Positions 24,093 through 33,067 of a stretch of DNA of 40,188 nucleotides are shown one piece after another. Under the pieces are notes generated by a model that worked only from the letters and a program-made list of their open reading frames with translations, was not told where the DNA came from and did no database searches. Source of the stretch: a virus; IMG/VR virus record IMGVR_UViG_3300022561_000032. One strand, 5' to 3'. Positions within the stretch are counted from its first letter, which is position 1. Every line of letters starts with the position of its first letter. The position numbers and the translations under genes were made by a program.

Positions 24093-25157
24093 ATGGCCAC
24101 AAAGATTAAATATTACGACATCATACAGAACAAAGCGACAAAAACCGCTGAAATTCTCATCTATGGTGTCATTGGTGAAAGTTGGTATGAAGAAAGCATA
24201 ACTGCCCGTCAGTTTATCAGCGATTTCCGTAATCTCGAAAAAGATTGCGATATCATTAATATCCGTATCAACTCTCCTGGAGGATCGGTTTGGGATGGTC
24301 AGGCCATTTTCAATGCCATTTCCAATTCAACCAAAGAAATCCATACTTATAACGATGGTCTGTGTGCATCCATGGCAGCTGTATTGCTGCTGGCTGCCAA
24401 ACCTGAAAATGTACATCCGGCAAAAAACAGCCTGTTGATGCTTCATTCTCCCATTACCGGTGCTTACGGTAATCGAAAAGATATTGAGAAAGTACTTGGA
24501 GTGATGGATAAAGTTCAGGCTTCCCTTGTAACTTCAGTATGTGAAAAAACAGGACTCAATAAAGAAGATGTCGATGCCAAATATTTCGATTACACCGATC
24601 ATTGGTTTACAGCTGACGAAGCGATGGCTGAAGGCTTGTATCTGAATGTTGATGATTACGAAGCTGAAAATGTTCCAAAAAATGCTTCTACCCTGAAATT
24701 TTCTGATCTGGTGAAACAATTCGAACCATCAGATTCAATTTTCACCAATTGGATTGGCCGCATTGCTCCTGAAAGAAAAATCATTCCCGAAACTGACGAC
24801 ACTTTAATTATTTTAGATATGGACATTGTAAAAATTCGCGCGGCGTACGGTCTCACAGAAGACAAGTATCCGACCGAGGATTCTGTTCTGGCTTACGTTG
24901 CAAAACGTGAACAGGATATCAAAGACCTCGAAACTGCCAAAACAAAGGCTGAAACCGACCTGACTACAGCAAACCAGACCATTGTGGCCAAAGATGCTGA
25001 ATTAGTGGCTCTAGGAAAAAAACCAGGGGCAACAACTGCAACTGTAATTACCGACACTGACAAACTTGACACTGTAGTTGATGAAGAACCTGCAAAGGAT
25101 TTCATGTCTGCATTCAGCGCTTGTATGAACGTTCTTAAACCTCAAAAAAAATCATAA
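24093..25157 (+). CDS. ClpP/S14-type prohead protease fused to a coiled-coil scaffold-like C-terminus
   Basis: INSPGGSVWDG, Ser in GLCASMAAVLL and His in LLMLHSP match the ClpP-family pattern. The C-terminal ~130 aa are Ala/Lys/Glu/Thr-rich and helical. Confidence 0.85.
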   Translation: MATKIKYYDIIQNKATKTAEILIYGVIGESWYEESITARQFISDFRNLEKDCDIINIRINSPGGSVWDGQAIFNAISNSTKEIHTYNDGLCASMAAVLLLAAKPENVHPAKNSLLMLHSPITGAYGNRKDIEKVLGVMDKVQASLVTSVCEKTGLNKEDVDAKYFDYTDHWFTADEAMAEGLYLNVDDYEAENVPKNASTLKFSDLVKQFEPSDSIFTNWIGRIAPERKIIPETDDTLIILDMDIVKIRAAYGLTEDKYPTEDSVLAYVAKREQDIKDLETAKTKAETDLTTANQTIVAKDAELVALGKKPGATTATVITDTDKLDTVVDEEPAKDFMSAFSACMNVLKPQKKS

Positions 25158-25160
25158 GTC

Positions 25161-26378
25161 ATGATTGATATTGCACAAGCCCTTATTGATGCAGGCAAAA
25201 AATACAAGAAAGAACTTCTTGCTATGCCTGTAGCTGCACTGGCTGAAGTATTCCCATTTATTACCATTGTAACAGGTTTACAGGGTAAAATGATCGGAGG
25301 GATCCTTTCAACCGATGCACAACTTCGACCTTATCGCACTGCGAAAGGTGAAAGTGATGGTACCAAAATTGTTGCCTTTGAATGGGAAACCTTCCTGGGC
25401 GATGTAGTCAAAGAATTTGATCCCAATGTTCTGTTAGGTACTTTGTACACCTCACCAACGGCTACCAAGCCAACTGACACGCAAATTGCCAGGCTAGTTG
25501 CTTTGGAAATGGCTAAAAAAGTAGGTGAAGCCCTTTACGATAACTTGTTTATCGCCAAACGTAATGCAGCTGGTGACCATACCGCAGATTTGTTCAATGG
25601 TTATTCATCTTTGATTTCTTCTCAGGTTGTTGCTGGAATTCTTTCTCTTGCCAACAAAAACTTCATCGACAACAGTGGCGTTAAAATCACTGCTGACAAT
25701 GTAGGCGATGTATTGAAAGCATTCTGGAGAGGTCGTAATCCACTTCTGAAGAAACTGGCTGTAAATTTTTACATTCCTACCACGGTGATGGAAATGTACG
25801 AAGACTGGTTCCAGGTTGAATATGGACATGCTCCATGGAACTCCGGAATTGAGCAGAAAACCCTGGTGGGAACCGGTGGCAAGTGTACCCTGGTACCTTT
25901 CCCCAACATGGAAGGACAACCTTACATGTTCATATCTATCAAGGACAATGTGAAAATGGGCGTTGACCAGATGAGTGATGCCGAAACTGTTGAAATCCGT
26001 CGGGTTGACAATCCTAAGGTTGTTCAGTTCTTCATGAAAGCTTACTTCGGTGTAGGTTTCGAAACTTTCGACAAAACTTTCTTCAGTGCCATAAAGATCA
26101 GTATCGATCCTGTTGCCAACTTCGCCAACAGCGCTGTTGCTGCTACCACTGCCAGCTTCACCTGGACTGCTGCCGAAAATGCAACCTCCCTGAAAATTCA
26201 GAAAAGTGTTGATGCAGGTGTAAACTGGACTGATGCTACTCATGCTGCTATTGCAGTTGGTGCAGCTACCATACAGGTAACAGCATTGGTAACTGCCACT
26301 ACTTATAAGTTTCGTTTGGTTGTCGCTGATGGCCTGAACAACGGAACTTCGAACATCGTAACTGTAATCACTGCTTAG
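25161..26378 (+). CDS. Major capsid protein with C-terminal Fn3/Ig-like domain
   Basis: 405 aa directly after the protease/scaffold gene and followed after one gene by a strong terminator. The C-terminal ~90 aa (TASFTWTAAENATSLKIQKS...TYKFRLVV) have an Fn3-like pattern. Confidence 0.7.
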   Translation: MIDIAQALIDAGKKYKKELLAMPVAALAEVFPFITIVTGLQGKMIGGILSTDAQLRPYRTAKGESDGTKIVAFEWETFLGDVVKEFDPNVLLGTLYTSPTATKPTDTQIARLVALEMAKKVGEALYDNLFIAKRNAAGDHTADLFNGYSSLISSQVVAGILSLANKNFIDNSGVKITADNVGDVLKAFWRGRNPLLKKLAVNFYIPTTVMEMYEDWFQVEYGHAPWNSGIEQKTLVGTGGKCTLVPFPNMEGQPYMFISIKDNVKMGVDQMSDAETVEIRRVDNPKVVQFFMKAYFGVGFETFDKTFFSAIKISIDPVANFANSAVAATTASFTWTAAENATSLKIQKSVDAGVNWTDATHAAIAVGAATIQVTALVTATTYKFRLVVADGLNNGTSNIVTVITA

Positions 26379-26380
26379 TT

Positions 26381-26962
26381 ATGGGACTATTTACTGACAT
26401 GACATGGGCCGACGGGCAAGCAAACCCGTCGGGTATAGCAACCGAATTGTTTTATATCCCTAAATCGGATATCAAAACATTTCCGGTGGTTGTAGCTGGT
26501 CCTGCTACGCCATTGGCCAACGTGCTGTTGGCAGGCGATTTTGGACTATTTCCTACAAAAACCTGGTTTAGGCTACATTCTACGCAAGGTAAAGGTGAAG
26601 TAAACTTCGAACCAACCGGCGAAAAAGAATGCAAGGTATTTCTGAACAAAGGAAAATTCAGTTTTCCTGACATCAGCGATGCTGCTAGGAGTCACGCAAA
26701 GGTTACGTTGAATTCGAGCATGATTTATATCGCTAAATTGCCACACTCCAGCGAAAAACGTTACGTAGTATTGGGCGACATTGATTACGACAGCGAAGTG
26801 AAGATTTCGGGCACATCTGGTGGCGAACCTGGGAGCGCGAAAGGTTTGACTATTGAAGTTGAAGTACCTTGCTTTACTCCGCTTCCAAACTACGATGGAG
26901 TTATCCTTCTTTCTAACGGTTCTCTCGACTGTACAACCGGTGTATTTACGCCAATTGTGTAA
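26381..26962 (+). CDS. Virion structural protein (decoration or tail-tube candidate; unresolved)
   Basis: 193-aa ORF 2 nt after the capsid gene. It shares that gene's terminator. Confidence 0.65.
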   Translation: MGLFTDMTWADGQANPSGIATELFYIPKSDIKTFPVVVAGPATPLANVLLAGDFGLFPTKTWFRLHSTQGKGEVNFEPTGEKECKVFLNKGKFSFPDISDAARSHAKVTLNSSMIYIAKLPHSSEKRYVVLGDIDYDSEVKISGTSGGEPGSAKGLTIEVEVPCFTPLPNYDGVILLSNGSLDCTTGVFTPIV

Positions 26963-26985
26963 AATTTCATTTTAATTACAATAAA

Positions 26986-27017
26986 CCCCGGTTCGGTTCA
27001 TCCGGATCGGGGTTTTT
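26986..27017 (+). terminator. Intrinsic terminator after the capsid block
   Basis: CCCCGGTTCGG-ttcat-CCGGATCGGGG (two G-T wobbles) followed by TTTTT. Confidence 0.7.
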
Positions 27018-27031
27018 AAATAATCAGAAAT

Positions 27032-27787
27032 ATGAACGATTTAAATAATACAGAACAATACGCGAAAGAAATTAAAGCCTGGTTGGAATCAGGTAAGGAT
27101 TTCAATGCTGGGTATCTGCTTTTCGTGCGTTTCTCCCACAACAGGGCCATGGCTTTGCAATTTGCCCGTAAAGGTGCAGCCATGGCTAGCAAGCTGGAAT
27201 ACGAACTGCAAAAGATACTCGATCGCGGTGTGATCATCGATGCACCGGTGATGCCAATCAAAACAGTGATCGTTGCCCAGGAACATGCTCAGTATTTAGC
27301 TGCTTCCGAAGGATTGATTCTGCATCATGAAAAAAAGACAGACCTGATATCGGGTAAAATCAATCCTGATGAACTTCCGGAACCCATGAAGCTGTTGTTC
27401 GATTTTAACAGCGAAAAACACAAGCTCATGCGTGCGCTTCACGAGAGAATGAAGCTGGCCAAAAAAGATGGTGAAAGGGCTGAAATCCGCAAAGAACTCG
27501 TTTCTCTTGATGACTTAGTTTCTGCCAACTGGAAGCTCATCGACTTTTTCTTAGAAACTGGGAAGATCCCTGAATCTGCTCCCGATAAGGATCCCGAATC
27601 CTACAAGGAAATCAATGCTGCACGCTCTTACCTTTCGCGTGGAATCAAAGGCATCGAAAAATTAACAGGCGAAAAACACGAAAAGATGATCGCTGAACTC
27701 AAACTTCGCTATGCATTCCTGATCGAAGCCAAAGCGGATGTGAAGCCTGCAACTTTAGAGGCATTGCAAAAACTTGGAATCGCTTAA
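27032..27787 (+). CDS. Hypothetical helical protein
   Basis: 251-aa ORF, charged and helical. Confidence 0.65.
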   Translation: MNDLNNTEQYAKEIKAWLESGKDFNAGYLLFVRFSHNRAMALQFARKGAAMASKLEYELQKILDRGVIIDAPVMPIKTVIVAQEHAQYLAASEGLILHHEKKTDLISGKINPDELPEPMKLLFDFNSEKHKLMRALHERMKLAKKDGERAEIRKELVSLDDLVSANWKLIDFFLETGKIPESAPDKDPESYKEINAARSYLSRGIKGIEKLTGEKHEKMIAELKLRYAFLIEAKADVKPATLEALQKLGIA

Positions 27788-27856
27788 CCATTCGCATCCG
27801 CAGCCCCACGACCGGCATGTCATTGGTAGGCACGAAGCAATCTCACCAATTTTATG

Positions 27857-27889
27857 AAAAGGCTGATCCAATAGGTTCAGCCTTTTTTT
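27857..27889 (+). terminator. Intrinsic terminator
   Basis: AAAAGGCTGA-tccaataggt-TCAGCCTTTTTTT. Confidence 0.7.
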
Positions 27890-27945
27890 AATATGTACCG
27901 AAGATTCTATCTATAACTGAATTTGAAATGTATTGGAGTTTTGAG

Positions 27946-28101
27946 GATAGTTCTGTCAATTACGCCAATTACGCCAATTACGCCAATTACGCCAATTAGT
28001 ATTTTTAACCTTCAATAGTAAAAAATTGAACTCTATTGGTAAAAAACACCAATGGCGTAATTGGCGTAAATGGCGTAAATGGCGTAATTGACGGAACGAT
28101 C
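27946..28101. repeat. Inverted arrays of a 9-bp tandem repeat (4 x TACGCCAAT | 54-bp AT-rich spacer | 4 x A(A/T)TGGCGTA); pac/terminase-recognition candidate
   Basis: Left array 27961-27996 (four perfect copies). Right array 28051-28086 (one exact complement and three with one change). The flanks TTCTGTCAAT and ATTGACGGAA extend the inverted repeat. The element lies 94 bp upstream of terS. Confidence 0.9.
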
Positions 28102-28194
28102 GAAACTGTTTGTCAGATATTGCCTCAAAATTACTGCTTTTAAAAATTAGTATCTGTCCTTCCTTAACCTATCTTATTGCTGCAAATTAGCATC

Positions 28195-28773
28195 ATGAGC
28201 CGTAAATGCAATCTTGATAAATTTCGCGATGTACTGTTCTCCGATATCAAGGAGTCAGATCACCTGTTGCCCGTTGAGATTGATCAGCTCAAGCGCTACC
28301 GTGCAGCCTTTCATCTCTCCCTCGAAACTCCTTTTATAGCTGATATCAAGCTGCGTGATTTTTTGGTAAAAGAATTTAAAATATCAGAAAGCCAGGCTTA
28401 CCGCGATATCGGTAACATCAGGATCTTACTTGGAAATGTCCGCAATGCCGGCAAGGAATGGATCCGTTATCTGGTCAATGAAACCCTGAAGGGAGCCATC
28501 ACCGATGCCAAGAAAAAGAAATATCTCAAGGAACGCATAGCAGCTGCCGGGTTACTCGGAAAATACAACCGGCTCGACAAAGAAGACGCCCTCGAAATCC
28601 CCTGGGATGAGATCATTCCTATTTCCATCGAGCCAACATCAGATCCTACGGTTCTGAAAATAAAACCGCTTGCCAACAAAGAGGAAGAGATCCGCAAGAT
28701 GTATGAAAAATACAAGGACGATATTGAATTGGAGTATGTTGAATATGAAGACCTGAGTAAAAATGACGATTGA
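28195..28773 (+). CDS. Terminase small subunit candidate (by position)
   Basis: ATG 28195 is preferred over the track's TTG 28177. The gene overlaps the terL start by 11 nt. No motif recognised. Confidence 0.5.
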   Translation: MSRKCNLDKFRDVLFSDIKESDHLLPVEIDQLKRYRAAFHLSLETPFIADIKLRDFLVKEFKISESQAYRDIGNIRILLGNVRNAGKEWIRYLVNETLKGAITDAKKKKYLKERIAAAGLLGKYNRLDKEDALEIPWDEIIPISIEPTSDPTVLKIKPLANKEEEIRKMYEKYKDDIELEYVEYEDLSKNDD

Positions 28774-30382
28774 AACCAAAAAAGTATATTTCAATGATCC
28801 CCAGCTTGAGTTCCGATATACAGCAGCTCACACCAGTTCATTTGTTGGAGGTCGTCGTATTGGAAAATCACGCATTGCCGGCCCTTGGTTGCTCCGTAAT
28901 TTGCAATACATGCCCCGAAGTGCCGGTGGCATTATTGCATCAACTTTTCAGCAGGCATTAACCCGAACTTTGCCGGGAGTACTTTCCAGCTGGAGGGATA
29001 TGGGATTCAAGCGCGATGTTCATTACGTCATCAATAAACGCCCGGATAAGTCGATGGGCTTTAAATCGCCTATCGACGAACCGGCATCGTTTGATCATGT
29101 GATATCCTGGTACAACGGTTCTGTTCAGTATCTCATCTCTCAGGACGTTCCCGGATCTTCCAACTCGCTTACCCTTCAGTACCTGTTTGGTGATGAAGCC
29201 AAGTTTCTTAACTTCGATAAACTGAAAGACGAAAGCCTTCCGGCCAATGGTGGTTTTAAAGGACCGTGGGCCAATTGCCCCTGGTTGAATTCCATGCTCT
29301 GGATGTCCGACATGCCAACGACCAAGAAAGGATCCTGGTTCCTTTCTTACCGTGATAAGATGGATCCCGAACTGATCAACATGATTCAGTTTATGGTGAA
29401 GGAAGTTTGGAGACTGAATCAATTACCTCAAAATACCTATACTCAAAAGCTGATTGTAGAATACAAGACACGTCTGGCCCAATTCCGTAGCGTTGCCGTT
29501 TATTATCGCGAGTGTTCATCCATTGAAAATATTGAACTTCTGGGAAAGAAATACATTGCCCAGATGAAGCGGGATCTTCCACCCCTGGTATTTCAAACTT
29601 CTATTCTATGCATCAGACCCGGCAAACTCAAAAACGGCTTCTATCCCAGCCTTAAAGATGAGCACTATTACACCGCCTTCAACAATTCCTACCTGCTCAA
29701 CCTTGATTACGACCTTGAGAAAGCAGCTCAGCAGGATTGCAAGCAGGATGGTGATGTTGACCTGGATAAACCGCTGTATGTGGCCTTCGATTACAATGCT
29801 GATATCAACTGGCTGGTAGTTGGCCAACCCGATGGACTAAAGGCGAAGGTGCTCAAATCATTTTACGTCAAGTATGAGCGCAAATTGCGTGAGGTAGTCG
29901 ATGATTTCTGTAACTATTACCGTCATCACCGCACAAAAGATGTGGTTTATTACTTCGACAACACAGCCCTGGGTTCCAACTATGCCGTCAATGATGAAGA
30001 CTTTGCCTCTGTCATCTGCTCCCAGTTCACCAAGAACCGCTGGACCGTTCACCGCGTACACATTGGCAACCCATTGCGCCATTCTGAAAAGTACCTGATC
30101 ATTGACCAGGCATTGAAAGGTCAGAAGTACCTCTATCCGCAAATCAACTCATCCAACAATGAAGCCCTGATCTTGGCACTTCAGCAAACAGGCGTCAAGA
30201 TAGGCCCTCGTGGATGGCAGAAAGATAAGTCAGGAGAGAAGCTGGCCGAAACTGAGGAAGATTTACTCCAGTTCCGCACAGATGGCACTGATGCCTTCGA
30301 TACGCTATTCCTCGGCCTCGTTCTCTATCCTCAGGTTATTTTCTCCGCTGGAATTGGAACCGGAATGTTGGGAAAGAAATAA
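28763..30382 (+). CDS. terL: Terminase large subunit
   Basis: Walker A-like FVGGRRIGKSRI, Walker B LFGDEAKF and C-terminal acidic nuclease-like motifs (VAFDYNADINW, GTDAFDTL). 539 aa. Confidence 0.8.
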   Translation: MTIETKKVYFNDPQLEFRYTAAHTSSFVGGRRIGKSRIAGPWLLRNLQYMPRSAGGIIASTFQQALTRTLPGVLSSWRDMGFKRDVHYVINKRPDKSMGFKSPIDEPASFDHVISWYNGSVQYLISQDVPGSSNSLTLQYLFGDEAKFLNFDKLKDESLPANGGFKGPWANCPWLNSMLWMSDMPTTKKGSWFLSYRDKMDPELINMIQFMVKEVWRLNQLPQNTYTQKLIVEYKTRLAQFRSVAVYYRECSSIENIELLGKKYIAQMKRDLPPLVFQTSILCIRPGKLKNGFYPSLKDEHYYTAFNNSYLLNLDYDLEKAAQQDCKQDGDVDLDKPLYVAFDYNADINWLVVGQPDGLKAKVLKSFYVKYERKLREVVDDFCNYYRHHRTKDVVYYFDNTALGSNYAVNDEDFASVICSQFTKNRWTVHRVHIGNPLRHSEKYLIIDQALKGQKYLYPQINSSNNEALILALQQTGVKIGPRGWQKDKSGEKLAETEEDLLQFRTDGTDAFDTLFLGLVLYPQVIFSAGIGTGMLGKK

Positions 30383-30388
30383 GTACAT

Positions 30389-30420
30389 AAAAAAGGCGAG
30401 CAGATCTGCTCGCCTTTTTT
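30389..30420 (+). terminator. Intrinsic terminator after terL (bidirectional-looking)
   Basis: AAAAAAGGCGAGCAGATCTGCTCGCCTTTTTT. Confidence 0.8.
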
Positions 30421-30958
30421 ATGTACCTGTTTTTTCTTATAAGGTTCAATACTGGTAGGGGTTTTGGCTAAATTGAATTGTAAAAAATCAACCTTTTCAT
30501 TTTCCGTATTCTGCACCTTTTCCGACTATCAGCGCTTTCGCATCTATCCATAATCAAAACCCTGATTTTCAGCCCTAAAATACATAATTTTGCGGATTCA
30601 TTCCCTTTTATCACACGGATGACCCCGCGCCGCCCTGCTCGAAAATGGTGATCACAGGGTTGGGATTTCACGTAATATGGCAGGGGGTGACCATAATAAT
30701 TAGATGGTTTTTTATCGGTGATTACGTGTTTTTTAACCTGCTTTGGTGTGCATTGTTAAACAAAATCATCAATCAAAACTGCATGAACTCTTGGGTTCAG
30801 ACCATAGGACGCCCACTGAACGCTCCTAATAATAAGATAAAAAACAGTACTATATAAGTACTAAGATGACGGTTTTAATACTTTTACAGTACAGATACAG
30901 ATCTTATTGTATCGAGCGCCTGGTAGTAGGGCAGTGGGAGGCCTGTACTAAATCAATA

Positions 30959-30989
30959 AACCCACTGTATAAGCGGGTTCTTTTGTTTT
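30959..30989 (+). terminator. Terminator-like hairpin inside the ORF-poor leader
   Basis: AACCCaC-tgtataa-GcGGGTT followed by CTTTTGTTTT. Confidence 0.4.
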
Positions 30990-31035
30990 CAATTAAAATT
31001 ATGTATCTTGCCCGGATAAACCAAAAATCAATACA

Positions 31036-31662
31036 ATGAAAAAATTATTAATCATGTTCTTAATATTACCTCTCTTTACTATTGCCCAAGTTGATCACAT
31101 TGTGGGCAAAACCTACTTTGATACACCGGTTTATTCAAATCAAAATGAAAAATACATTGGCAATTTGCCTATTTGGACATCGGTGATCATTGAAGATGCT
31201 ACAAAGAAGTATTATATTATTCAATATGAGGATGGTCATGGCTATGTTGGTCGGTTCAATGTAAAATGCGAAAATAAACAATTGAAGGAATTAAAAATTT
31301 TTAGACTCAATAACCCACTAACCATAAAGCCAATTTCAAAACAGATCAATGATTCACTTTTGAATACTGAAACGGTAAAAATTAACACTTTGCAAATGAT
31401 TGATGACAAATACAAGTATGAGATTGACCACATCAGGTATTGTGCAGGGAGGTATAATAAGCAAGTAATGACTAGTTATGTGTTTTCTTTAATTGGCGCA
31501 ATTGTTACTACCGGAGGTGCATTTACTGAAAAGCCAAAGATACCCGTAGTTGTTGGTGCCGGGTTGGGTTTGATTGGCTCTTTCTTAATTATAGATAGTT
31601 ATAAATGGATGAAAAAAATGTACGTTGGTCCTGATGGTGTAGGGATAAAATATAAGTTTTAG
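31036..31662 (+). CDS. Exported SH3-like domain protein with two C-terminal TM helices
   Basis: Signal peptide MKKLLIMFLILPLFTIAQ. The bacterial SH3-like pattern (..YSNQNEKYIGNLPIWTSVIIED..YYIIQYEDGHGYV) is a weak match. Hydrophobic helices VFSLIGAIVTTGGAF and VVVGAGLGLIGSFLII. Confidence 0.65.
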   Translation: MKKLLIMFLILPLFTIAQVDHIVGKTYFDTPVYSNQNEKYIGNLPIWTSVIIEDATKKYYIIQYEDGHGYVGRFNVKCENKQLKELKIFRLNNPLTIKPISKQINDSLLNTETVKINTLQMIDDKYKYEIDHIRYCAGRYNKQVMTSYVFSLIGAIVTTGGAFTEKPKIPVVVGAGLGLIGSFLIIDSYKWMKKMYVGPDGVGIKYKF

Positions 31663-31683
31663 AATTAACACAACTTTACCAAA

Positions 31684-31717
31684 CAAAAAAAACCCGCTCA
31701 ATCAGCGGGTTTTTTTG
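31684..31717 (+). terminator. Intrinsic terminator (bidirectional-looking)
   Basis: AAAAAAAACCCGCT-caatc-AGCGGGTTTTTTT. Confidence 0.8.
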
Positions 31718-31831
31718 TTTCTGACCTTTGAGCAATTTGGTAGCAAATATCTATTTTGTACTTTAATTAAAAATAATATCAAAAAAGATAAAATAAATTG
31801 TAAAAACTGCATTTAATATCAATAAAGATAT

Positions 31832-31839
31832 TAACTTTG
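31832..31839 (+). promoter_or_regulatory. Candidate -7 box TAACTTTG for the island operon
   Basis: Perfect TAnnTTTG match 54 nt upstream of ATG 31893. This is a position-based call. Confidence 0.4.
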
Positions 31840-31892
31840 AGCACACAAAACAATTAAAGCTGGCGGCAACAGTCACAATGCGGTAAAACAAG

Positions 31893-32918
31893 ATGAAAGC
31901 ATTAATAGCAATTACACAGTCGGGTATTGAAATTCCAATTTCAATCGAAATTAAACCAAATTATCGTATTCAGGAAAAAGCAACTTTCAACGGAAAAGAA
32001 TATCCTTGCGAGTTGAGCAAAGCAAAAGAAAAAGGAGTGTATATCCCAACGATCTTATTCAGTTCAAATTCTTTGTTCCTGAAAGAAAATTTTCCCCAGT
32101 TGGTTCAAAGAAAAGAAGATATTCATGTCAAATTAAACCAGGATTGGAAACCGGTTATTGAAGAACTCAAATTAAAACAGGCAGAAATCTGGAAAGAAGA
32201 AGCTGAAAATCTTATATTGCCTGGAACATTAGAATTAAAATATCATTCATTTGATAAATGGTCAATACTTAATTCTGAAATTCCTCATTATCTTATTCAG
32301 TTTCATTCGGTTCTTTCAAATCTCAATGAATTGAATCATCGTGATTTTACCCCAACGTCATCAGATTACGATGATTATAATAGCTGGGACTTCTATACAA
32401 TTTCGTATGCAGATGTGGTAGAAAATATCAGAAAGAATCTTGATATCAAGGAAGCGGAACAAATCAGAATCAATCACAGAATAGAGATCTCTAAAAAAGT
32501 AGAGGACGATAAGAAGGCTGAGTTGTATAAAAATGTTGCTAATGTTGAAAAATCAAAGGTAAGAACTTCGCCTGGCTCTGATGGGGATGATTACGAACAG
32601 GATATAACAATCACTATGAAGTCGGGTAAATCATATAAATTTAAAGCCCGTAATATTTTTGATTTTGGATATGTTCTTAATCCTACCTTCATTGAAGGTG
32701 GTGGAATGCTGATGGATGTTGAAGCCTTCATTGTAAATAACAATTACTCATTCGATACTGAGGACAAGAAAGAACAGTATAGAACAGCGAACCCTACTCA
32801 AAGCGGATGGATATGGAATAGGTATAATGAGCCTTCAATCCCTGTTTCGTTTGAGGAGTTGGAAGCTGCACATGTTGCAATGCGTGAAACAAGAAACCTA
32901 ACTGGAGTAAGATTATGA
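31893..32918 (+). CDS. Hypothetical protein, island operon gene 1
   Basis: 341 aa, soluble-looking. No motif recognised. AT-rich. Confidence 0.7.
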   Translation: MKALIAITQSGIEIPISIEIKPNYRIQEKATFNGKEYPCELSKAKEKGVYIPTILFSSNSLFLKENFPQLVQRKEDIHVKLNQDWKPVIEELKLKQAEIWKEEAENLILPGTLELKYHSFDKWSILNSEIPHYLIQFHSVLSNLNELNHRDFTPTSSDYDDYNSWDFYTISYADVVENIRKNLDIKEAEQIRINHRIEISKKVEDDKKAELYKNVANVEKSKVRTSPGSDGDDYEQDITITMKSGKSYKFKARNIFDFGYVLNPTFIEGGGMLMDVEAFIVNNNYSFDTEDKKEQYRTANPTQSGWIWNRYNEPSIPVSFEELEAAHVAMRETRNLTGVRL

Positions 32919-33067
32919 AAACATTGTATCTACCTGAAATGCTTGAGCTTTCGAAAGAAGAGCTCGAAAGAATTATTGAAAAAGCAAAAGAACAACCTGA
33001 TTCTCCGTCAAAAGTTTCATTGTTAGAAAAACTAGAACAAATTAAAGATAGGCATGATAAAATATGA
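32915..33067 (+). CDS. 50-aa helical protein, island operon gene 2 (below the ORF-track cut-off)
   Basis: Hand translation MKTLYLPEMLELSKEELERIIEKAKEQPDSPSKVSLLEKLEQIKDRHDKI. It has an ATGA overlap with gene 1 and a 14-nt overlap with gene 3. Confidence 0.5.
   Translation: MKTLYLPEMLELSKEELERIIEKAKEQPDSPSKVSLLEKLEQIKDRHDKI

Noticed and set aside
25605-26243. 212-aa ORF on the - strand inside the major capsid gene
   Set aside because: It is fully embedded antisense in a well-supported + strand gene. The sequence is low-complexity and Ser/Gly/Asn-rich. It has no independent start context, promoter or terminator. It is a typical shadow ORF.
27957-28092. Possibility that the 9-bp repeat arrays are a CRISPR array
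   Set aside because: The units are only 9 bp and directly abutting, with no spacers. The two arrays are inverted relative to each other and no cas genes are present. This is not CRISPR architecture.
30210-30671. Track ORFs 30210..30458 (+), 30331..30516 (-) and 30468..30671 (-)
   Set aside because: The first is out of frame inside terL and crosses its terminator. The other two are antisense, highly basic or random-looking, and span terminator T-runs.
30812-30989. Trp-leader-style attenuator model: CCCACTG (30812-18), CAGTGGG (30932-38) and CCCACTG (30961-67), with the last overlapping the terminator stem at 30959-30979
   Set aside because: The model is tempting because the 70-aa ORF 30645..30857 would cover element 1. 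However, 7-nt complementarities at these distances are expected by chance in about 200 nt, and the ORF itself is doubtful. It is kept only as a caveat within the leader finding.
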